DNA of 32,000 nucleotides from Candidatus Saccharimonadota bacterium (GTDB lineage: Bacteria > Patescibacteriota > Saccharimonadia > Saccharimonadales > UBA4665), in NCBI GenBank assembly GCA_016699955.1, contig CP064993.1, positions 240,001-272,000 of the forward strand. Reading direction: 5' to 3'. Position 1 is the stretch's first letter. Every line of letters begins with the position of its first letter. Below are positions 25,948 to 32,000 of the stretch, piece by piece. The position numbers were made by a program, and so were the translations under genes. The notes under the pieces were generated by a model. The model saw nothing but the letters and a program-made list of their open reading frames with translations, was not told the DNA's origin and did no database searches.

Positions 25948-27879
25948 TTATTTTTCATCTTTTTCGTTGACGACTTCGCCTTCTATAGGGCCGTCGTCTT
26001 TTTTGCCCTTTTTCTTCCCATTTGAAGTTTCCTCAGACGCGGTTTCACCTGGAGCCTGTGCCTCAGCTTCTTTGGCAGCAGCTTCATACATTTTGGCGCC
26101 GATGGGCATAAGAACATCGTTGAGCTCTTTGGTGGCTGCCTCTAACGCTTCTTTGTCGGCCTTTTCGTCAGCCACAACTTTTTTGGCTTTTTCGACGGCT
26201 TCATCGATGATTTTTTTGTCGTCTTCGCTAACCTTTTCTTCGCTCTTAAGCTTCTCGGCTTGGTAAACAGAAGTGTCAAGATGGTTTCGTGCCTCTACAG
26301 CTTCTTTCTTGGCTTTATCTTCTTCGGCATGAGCTTCGGCTTCTCTGGCCATTTGCTCGACTTCGTCTTTGTCTAAGCTGCCACTGCCCTGGATGGTTAT
26401 GTTTTGCTCTTTGCCACTGCCCTTGTCTTTGGCGGTAACATTTAATATACCGTTTGCATCGATATTAAAGGTAACTTCAATTTGTGGGATACCGCGGGGC
26501 GCTGGCGGGATGCCGTCCAAAATAAAACGGCCAAGTGACTTATTGCCTTCAGACATTTCTCGCTCACCCTGCAGTACATGAACCTCCACCTGTGGTTGGT
26601 TGTCCGCTGCGGTCGAGAAAACTTCGGATTTGCTAGTCGGAATGGTAGTGTTTCGCTCGATCAAACGTGTCATAACGCCGCCCATGGTCTCTATGCCAAG
26701 GCTCAGCGGAGTCACATCGAGTAGAAGCACGTCTTTGACGTCACCCTGAAGCACACCGCCCTGTATAGCCGCACCAATAGCGACTACCTCGTCTGGATTG
26801 ACGCCCTTCATGGGTTCTTTATTAAAAATCTGCTTTACTTTTTCAACGACCGCTGGCATGCGGGTCATGCCACCCACAAGAACAACATTGTCGATATCGC
26901 TAGATTTGAGTCCGGCATCTTTAAGTGCCTTTTCACAAGGTATGGCGGTTTTGTCTATAAGTTCACCGACAAGATCCTCCAGTTTCGCACGAGTCAGTTT
27001 GTGCTCAAAGTGCTTTGGGCCATCGGCATCGGCTGTCAAGAATGGCAGGTTGACGTCGACTTCTTGAGCTGTGGAGAGCTCAATTTTGGCCTTTTCGGCC
27101 TCGTCACGCAAGCGCTGCATAGCAGCATTGTCTTCGCGGATATCAATGCCTTGCTCTTTTTTAAACTCGTCCGCAAAGTAGTTGATGATGACTCGGTCAA
27201 AGTCAGTTTTTCCAAGGTGTGTGTCACCGTTGGTTGATTTTACTTCAAACACACCATCGCCAAGCTCAAGAACAGAAACGTCAAATGTACCGCCGCCGAG
27301 GTCGTAGACCACTATTTTTTCGTCGGCTTTCTTTTTATCTAGGCCGTAGGCAAGCGCAGCCGCGGTTGGCTCGTTGATAATGCGCTTGACTTCCAAACCG
27401 GCAATTTTACCAGCGTCTTTGGTAGCGTGGCGCTGTGAATCGTCAAAATATGCAGGCACAGTGATGACTGCTTCGGTGACTGGCTCACCCAAAAACGCTT
27501 CGGCATCGGCTTTAAGTTTGCCAAGAATCATAGCGCTTACTTCCTCTGGGCTATATTCTTTACCTGCCATTTTTACCTTGGTACTATTACCGCTTTTGAC
27601 TATTTCGTACCCCATAAGTTTGAGATCGCGCTGAACTTCTTTGTCGCTCCAGTTGCGGCCTATCAGACGCTTTACTTCATAAATTGTGTCCTTAGGGTTT
27701 GTCACCTGCTGGCGACGAGCAATTTGTCCAACAAGACGCTCACCCTTTTTATTGACCGCTACAACTGACGGCGTTGTGCGGTTTCCTTCGCTATTTGCAA
27801 TAATTTCTGGCTTGCCAGACTGCATAACTGCCATGGCGCTATTTGTTGTGCCTAGGTCAATTCCGATAATTTTACTCAT
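25948..27879 (-). CDS. dnaK: molecular chaperone DnaK (Hsp70)
   Basis: [24 protein letters not shown], full-length Hsp70, 643 aa. Confidence 0.98.
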   Translation of the reverse strand: MSKIIGIDLGTTNSAMAVMQSGKPEIIANSEGNRTTPSVVAVNKKGERLVGQIARRQQVTNPKDTIYEVKRLIGRNWSDKEVQRDLKLMGYEIVKSGNSTKVKMAGKEYSPEEVSAMILGKLKADAEAFLGEPVTEAVITVPAYFDDSQRHATKDAGKIAGLEVKRIINEPTAAALAYGLDKKKADEKIVVYDLGGGTFDVSVLELGDGVFEVKSTNGDTHLGKTDFDRVIINYFADEFKKEQGIDIREDNAAMQRLRDEAEKAKIELSTAQEVDVNLPFLTADADGPKHFEHKLTRAKLEDLVGELIDKTAIPCEKALKDAGLKSSDIDNVVLVGGMTRMPAVVEKVKQIFNKEPMKGVNPDEVVAIGAAIQGGVLQGDVKDVLLLDVTPLSLGIETMGGVMTRLIERNTTIPTSKSEVFSTAADNQPQVEVHVLQGEREMSEGNKSLGRFILDGIPPAPRGIPQIEVTFNIDANGILNVTAKDKGSGKEQNITIQGSGSLDKDEVEQMAREAEAHAEEDKAKKEAVEARNHLDTSVYQAEKLKSEEKVSEDDKKIIDEAVEKAKKVVADEKADKEALEAATKELNDVLMPIGAKMYEAAAKEAEAQAPGETASEETSNGKKKGKKDDGPIEGEVVNEKDEK

Positions 27880-27897
27880 GTTGTCTACCCTTTCTTT

Positions 27898-27924
27898 TTA
27901 GCAGTAACCTATATAGAGTGCTAG
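27898..27924 (-). promoter_or_regulatory. second, degenerate CIRCE-like element in the dnaK 5' UTR
   Basis: Plus strand TTAGCAGTA-N9-GAGTGCTAG, 3 mismatches to TTAGCACTC-N9-GAGTGCTAA. It lies between the -10 and the SD. Confidence 0.5.
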
Positions 27925-27934
27925 TGTATTTTAC

Positions 27935-27973
27935 ATTGTACACAGTTTGGCACTCACATGTCAAGAGTGCTAA
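27935..27973 (-). promoter_or_regulatory. dnaK promoter with embedded CIRCE operator
   Basis: CIRCE at 27947..27973 (TTGGCACTC-N9-GAGTGCTAA). On the minus strand, -35 TTGACA lies in the CIRCE spacer, followed by an 18-nt gap and -10 TACAAT (27935..27940). Confidence 0.8.
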
Positions 27974-28070
27974 TACATCTGTTACCTAGTGTGACGATTT
28001 TTGCCCTAGTATATCTTCAATGTAACTTCGCGGTAACAAGGCATGTGACCAGCGGCATGACTTCCTAGTA

Positions 28071-28748
28071 TTACTTAAGCGCTGTTTGTAACTTTCGTAA
28101 ATCCAGTATCGTGAGAAGGTGTTCGTCTTGAGACATTAAACCTTCATCGAAAAGCAGCTCCAAGGACCTACTTGCTGTCTCTCGGTTCATGTTTATGGAA
28201 TCTGCAATGTCCTGGTGAGTTATTGGTGCGTTAATGACTACAGCTTTACCGTGTACCTCACCAAACCTTTCAGCTAGGAAGAGTAGCTGTGCAATAATTC
28301 TGCCGCGAGCCGAACGAAATTCCAGAGCTTGTATCCGCTGAGTGTAAGCAGTAATTATATTGACCGCTTGCTTTAATATCTCCTGGGAGAGCCAGCTATT
28401 ATTGCCCATAGCAGTTCGTAGCTTGTCTTTAGAGGCTCTTAGTACGGTTACGTCATCCATCGCTTCATAAAATAATCCCGTCGTGTGTGCACCATCCAAA
28501 GCCCAAGGTAATGGTATAAATTCACCAACCGAATGAATTAACAGCAGATTTCCATGACCAGCATGTGATACTGAGTACGCTTTAACAAATCCTTTTTTAA
28601 TAAGATAGATGCCCTCGGGTTCCTCAAGACCATTGACAATCGTTTCTTCTCTCTTGAAGTGCATAAGCTTGCCATAACTAAAATGGGCAATTATGCTTTC
28701 GTCCCTGGTTTCTTTAGTCGGCATACCGGCCTGTAAATGTGTGCCCAT
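28071..28748 (-). CDS. Crp/Fnr family transcriptional regulator (second paralogue)
   Basis: cNMP-binding-like roll (GIYLIKKGFVKAY) and HTH (THQDIADSINMNRETASRSLELLFDEGLM). The start is uncertain: the track ORF begins at GTG 28802, and I prefer ATG 28748 (MGTHL) by length comparison with the first paralogue. Confidence 0.7.
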   Translation of the reverse strand: MGTHLQAGMPTKETRDESIIAHFSYGKLMHFKREETIVNGLEEPEGIYLIKKGFVKAYSVSHAGHGNLLLIHSVGEFIPLPWALDGAHTTGLFYEAMDDVTVLRASKDKLRTAMGNNSWLSQEILKQAVNIITAYTQRIQALEFRSARGRIIAQLLFLAERFGEVHGKAVVINAPITHQDIADSINMNRETASRSLELLFDEGLMSQDEHLLTILDLRKLQTALK

Positions 28749-28922
28749 AAGGTCATTATATACCTCGGTGCAATTTACGGCTGTGACACTGCGCACATAC
28801 ACCTCTAAACAATAGCGTTATCCTAGAGTTAGCAAGCAACAATTTTACGCACATTATTGGAAGGGAGGGTGCTAACGAAACTGCCAGGCTTTGTTCTGTA
28901 AGCTAATAATAGGAGGGGTAAT

Positions 28923-29132
28923 ATGTCACGAACATATTCAGCAATAAAGAACAAACACCAAAAGCACTCAAAAGATCATCACCAAGCGTATCTTTATAGC
29001 CCAAATGAGCCTAGGGAAGATACTTTTACAAACACCTCAGCTGAGCTGGAAACAGAGTTACTAGAAAAAAGTGATCCAATGAGGCGGGAGTTCCGACACC
29101 TTGCCTACAGAATGAGAAACCGATACGCCTAA
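28923..29132 (+). CDS. small hydrophilic His/Lys/Arg-rich protein, unknown function
   Basis: Strong SD (TAGGAGGGGTAAT-ATG) and a strong terminator downstream. No family recognised. Confidence 0.45.
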   Translation: MSRTYSAIKNKHQKHSKDHHQAYLYSPNEPREDTFTNTSAELETELLEKSDPMRREFRHLAYRMRNRYA

Positions 29133-29139
29133 CCAGCGC

Positions 29140-29171
29140 AAAAAGACCTCCAATAACGGAGGTCTTTTTTT
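29140..29171. terminator. bidirectional intrinsic terminator
   Basis: AAAAAGACCTCC-AATAAC-GGAGGTCTTTTTTT, flanked by an A-run and a T-run, between convergent genes. Confidence 0.85.
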
Positions 29172-29220
29172 GAATTTGCATGTAGTACTTGGGGTACCCT
29201 TTGGGAAAATTCTTTTATTT

Positions 29221-29790
29221 TCAAACTGGCGTATTTCTTGGAATGGCATATCCTCTGACGAGTTGTTTATACATTGGAACTGCTAAGTTCTCGTTAACGT
29301 TTAACAAAGGTCTTGCTAAGGTCGGATACCGGCTAGCTCTGTTTGTGCTCTGAGCATATGCCAGCTTTTTGCGTGGAGTAGTAAATAGCGACAGCACGTA
29401 GCCAAAACTTCTACTTATGAACCTAGATCTTTGAGCAGAAAGCTCGACGCTAAGTACGATTGATAAAATACCCCCTTCAATTAGCGTAAGTGAGTCACCG
29501 AGTAGAACATAAGTAGGGGCGTGGCCTAGTAAAGAGGGTGAGCCTATGCTCATCAGTCCAAGCGATAATAGGAAAATGCCACCTAGCCTTAGCATAGCTC
29601 TTGCTGTGTACAGCCGTAAGCTGGGAACGAAAACATACAATAACAGGACCGCGACTAATGCAAGGCGAGCGTAGATAAAAAGCACACTGGTATTCATAAG
29701 AATCTGCACATAGTAGGAGTTGCTAGATAAACCGTAAAAACTAAAACCCAGCAGGCAGCTACTAAACAGTAAAATGCTAAACTTTTTCAT
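29221..29790 (-). CDS. polytopic membrane protein, unknown function
   Basis: 4-5 hydrophobic helices, SD AAAGGAG. No family recognised. Confidence 0.5.
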   Translation of the reverse strand: MKKFSILLFSSCLLGFSFYGLSSNSYYVQILMNTSVLFIYARLALVAVLLLYVFVPSLRLYTARAMLRLGGIFLLSLGLMSIGSPSLLGHAPTYVLLGDSLTLIEGGILSIVLSVELSAQRSRFISRSFGYVLSLFTTPRKKLAYAQSTNRASRYPTLARPLLNVNENLAVPMYKQLVRGYAIPRNTPV

Positions 29791-29810
29791 TTTACTTATC
29801 TCCTTTCACT

Positions 29811-29828
29811 ATAATGGTCAACCATTAT
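29811..29828. promoter_or_regulatory. 8-2-8 inverted repeat overlapping a TATAAT box upstream of the membrane protein gene
   Basis: ATAATGGT-CA-ACCATTAT. The minus strand reads TATAATGGTTGACCATTATAG, 20 nt upstream of ATG 29790. Confidence 0.3.
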
Positions 29829-30206
29829 ATTCTGCGACAGCCTCCACCTCAATAATGTGCGGCATAACTACCCTGCTACTTCCATAATAGACCCACGGTT
29901 TTGAATTGTATGTGCGCCAAGACACAAAATTAATTCGTGAAGGGGCTATACACTAAAATTACTGCTCTAAAAGCAGTAGCTGATGGATATTGCAAAGTCG
30001 CTTTGGGTAGATTCATTTCCCAATCGTTCGGTCAGATCGCCCTAGACAAGTTTATGTTGCGAGGTTACTTTACCTGTGTTGCGTCCTGTTGTTCCACCTC
30101 CAATAATCACTACGTCTAGTTTTAGATCTTCGCTCAATTGTGGGTATGTTGAACGGAGGTACGATTCTTGCCGGTAAGATTTCTCAAGCTTTGGTAACTT
30201 TAGCAT
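29818..30206 (-). pseudogene. FAD-dependent oxidoreductase (DAO-like) N-terminal remnant with internal deletion, stops and frameshifts
   Basis: Own translation from ATG 30206: MLKLPKLEKSYRQESYLRSTYPQLSEDLKLDVVIIGGGTTGRNTGKVTSQHKLV*. Shifted frames then give GDLTERLGNESTQ.. and ..SKPWVYYGSSRVVMPHIIEVEAVAEYNG*. Only about 125 codons remain. Confidence 0.55.
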
Positions 30207-30321
30207 GCTTTCATTTTAGTCTGTAATAATTAGATATCCTGTGACCCCGCGCACAGCAAATTAAAAAAATGAGTTCATACTTATCTATACACATAAAGAC
30301 CTCATATATTAAGTCAACACA

Positions 30322-31297
30322 TTAATCCCAAAAACTGAGGTCGTAATTTTTCTCGGTGATCCATACCGCTCTCGCAATAGTGAGGAGCTTCCGCGCAACA
30401 ACGCAGTTGGCGACCGTGTACCGCTTACCCTCAGCTCTTTTCTTGTCATACAGCGCCTGGAAGTATGGGTCGTGTTGTCTGGCTATGTTAGCGGCTATGA
30501 ATAAGCTCCGTCTAAGATAGCTGGAACCGCGTTTCGTTAACCGCCCCGTGCTGTTTAAGCTTTTGCCGCTTTGCTTAATGCGAGGGTCGAGTCCAGCATA
30601 AGCAATAATAGACTTGGTAGTAGTAAAACGTCGCATGTCTTGTACCTCACCAATAATACTGGCAGCTACGTACGGTCCGATGCCCGGTATAGTTTGAAGC
30701 CGGCGAAAAACTATACCATCCGCCGAAACCGCTAAGTCTTTGTAGAGCTGCGCCCGTGCTTCTTTGATGGCTACCTGAACACCGTCAAGCACTTCTCTCA
30801 GCTCATCGCTCATTGTATCGTCAACGAGCGCACTGAAGTGGTTTTTGTATTGCCGGAACGAGCTGTTCAACACAGATAGTCGTTGGCAGCCACGACCATA
30901 ATACTTGGTGGTTTTGTACGGATCGGGTGTATATGGCCTACCTTCGCCACGTAGTCCTAGTCGGGCGATCACGAGAGCGTCGGTTCGATCGGTTTTCTTC
31001 CCTCGTACCGATGCTCTAATCTGCTGTTTAGTAATGAGTGGATTGTAAACGCGACAGACGATACCGAGATCGAAACACGCATCAGCAAACGCCAAGTGGT
31101 AGCATCCAGTAGCTTCCACCACACAGACGAACTCATCGTCGGGATACGCACCAGAAAGCGTCAAGAGCATAGTAGCGACGTCTCTCGGTTCGTTTAGTAT
31201 GGTTGCTGTTAACTCGGGCATTTCACGCCCCACAGAATTAACCACGGCGATATCTAGCTTCGCTTTAGCCGTATCACAGCCAATAAAAAAAGGTCAT
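30322..31297 (-). CDS. IS110 family transposase (DEDD N-domain plus IS116/IS110/IS902 C-domain), reading frame broken after codon 2-4 by a T7 homopolymer
   Basis: VVEATGCYH...KKTDRTDALVIARLG and LQTIPGIGPYVAASIIGEV..RF...AYAGLDPRIKQSGKS..LTKRGSSYLRRSL motifs. The SD GGAGG and ATG at 31297 are out of frame by +1 with the 307-aa ORF (30322..31245). Confidence 0.85.
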
Positions 31298-31371
31298 AGC
31301 AAATAACTCCTCCGGCTCACATAGTGAGCCCCAAGATTATGTAGTGGTAAAAGATATGGCGGCATCCGCTT

Positions 31372-31620
31372 CCCAAAAAAGGTGCAATGGGGATACAATA
31401 GACTTGTTCGTTATTGACCGTAGAAGAGCCTTGGTACACCTCCTGTCTGTGTCGACATACACGTCAGAACAGAGGTGAAACACCAAGGTTTTTCTCGTAT
31501 AACCTCATCATAGATTGTTATCTCCAGAATGCAGGAAGCAATAGACTTTACGACGAGATGCTGCCGACTGAGGCAACTCCCAAGTAAGATAGCGATTGTC
31601 CTCCATACCATCCTTTAGTG
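31372..31620 (-). ncRNA. candidate IS110 bridge RNA region (hypothesis)
   Basis: Non-coding 5' end of the IS110 element with a 60-nt imperfect hairpin (31429..31488), a 10-nt direct repeat CAATAGACTT (31396..31405 and 31539..31548), and a T6 tract on the minus strand (31375..31380). Confidence 0.3.
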
Positions 31621-31679
31621 TAGCCCTTAACAGATGTGAGGGCTAGGTATGAATATACAAGTAAAGTAGGGGATACATT

Positions 31680-31835
31680 ATGAGCCACACATCAGATAAG
31701 ATCAGCGGTAAAACCAAACAAGCAGTTGGTAAGATGACTGACAATAAAAAACTGCAGTCAAAAGGTAAAATAGAAGAGGCCAAAGGTGAGGTTAAAGAAA
31801 CCCTGAATGACGCTAGAAAAAAAATGACTGACTAG
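31680..31835 (+). CDS. CsbD family general stress protein
   Basis: Below the track cutoff. Own translation: MSHTSDKISGKTKQAVGKMTDNKKLQSKGKIEEAKGEVKETLNDARKKMTD. Typical CsbD Lys/Gly repeat pattern. SD AGGGGA. Confidence 0.7.
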   Translation: MSHTSDKISGKTKQAVGKMTDNKKLQSKGKIEEAKGEVKETLNDARKKMTD

Positions 31836-32000
31836 AGTTTAGAATAATCTGGAAGTATTACACCGGTAATGATAGGCAGTAACTCTTGGTTCATATATAC
31901 CACCTGTTTGTTTTAGAACTTACAAACAATAGTGTAGCGCTTCAGAGGAACTGATTATTTTATTTCACATAAATGGGTTAGGCATATTTTACGCGGACCA

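Larger units (their letters stand above)
30322..31620 (-). mobile_element. IS110-family insertion sequence (ends approximate and not definable from a single copy)
   Basis: Transposase plus about 320 nt of structured 5' non-coding DNA. Flanked by a decayed oxidoreductase gene and a csbD-like gene. Confidence 0.6.

Noticed and set aside
25931-26266. 111-aa plus-strand ORF, together with other 60-105 aa ORFs, antisense to dnaK/dnaJ (for example 25386..25703, 26798..27067, 27374..27634)
   Set aside because: These are low-complexity Ser/Ala/Phe-rich shadow frames of very highly conserved minus-strand genes, with no SD or independent signals.
31411-31611. 66-aa minus-strand ORF in the IS110 5' region
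   Set aside because: It has no SD and no recognisable family, and it runs through the long hairpin and repeat structures. The region is better explained as non-coding RNA or leader.
1-32000. Scan for CRISPR arrays, rRNA, tandem repeats or a toxin-antitoxin/defence gene signature
   Set aside because: I saw no regularly spaced direct repeats, no rRNA-like segments and no recognisable defence-system domains. The only repeats found are those listed (REP-like arms, islet direct repeat, CIRCE copies, the IS-internal 10-mer).

Overview
Dense, mostly minus-strand bacterial window with many overlapping or translationally coupled genes. Core genes are about 50-65% GC in hand-counted lines, with clearly AT-rich islets. 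From left to right: (1) A Gram-positive-style type IV pilus locus: two pilin-signal proteins, one a 515-aa adhesin-like giant, divergent from pilM-pilN-pilO plus a small membrane ORF. (2) A PH-domain membrane protein. (3) The Holliday-junction genes ruvC, ruvA and ruvB. They are split twice, by a RAYT-type (IS200-like, HUH/Y1) transposase flanked by REP-like hairpins between ruvC and ruvA, and by a tightly coupled 4-gene block (aldo/keto reductase, deoxyribosyltransferase-like ORF, aldo/keto reductase, alpha/beta hydrolase) between ruvA and ruvB. (4) An IMPase-family gene, yebC, and a Crp/Fnr regulator. (5) A gene-decay patch: a frameshifted, truncated comEC remnant next to an ion-channel ORF that stops right after the S4 voltage sensor. 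(6) An AT-rich ~1.9 kb islet (YunG-like, small TM ORF, CPBP intramembrane protease, membrane protein) bracketed by an imperfect direct repeat and adjacent to tRNA-Lys(UUU). (7) glnA-serC-serA. (8) DUF192 plus two tandem ATP-grasp ligases, one resembling a stand-alone cyanophycin-synthetase G domain. (9) dnaK and dnaJ, each with its own CIRCE operator and promoter and separated by a terminator. (10) An accessory right end: a second Crp/Fnr regulator, a small basic protein, a membrane protein, an FAD-oxidoreductase pseudogene, an IS110-family transposase with a homopolymer frameshift and a long structured 5' non-coding region (candidate bridge RNA), and a csbD-like gene. No rRNA or CRISPR was seen. 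The gene content and compact architecture are reminiscent of Patescibacteria/Saccharibacteria; this is inference only and needs a database search. All product calls rest on my recognition of motifs in the translated ORFs, because no searches could be run.
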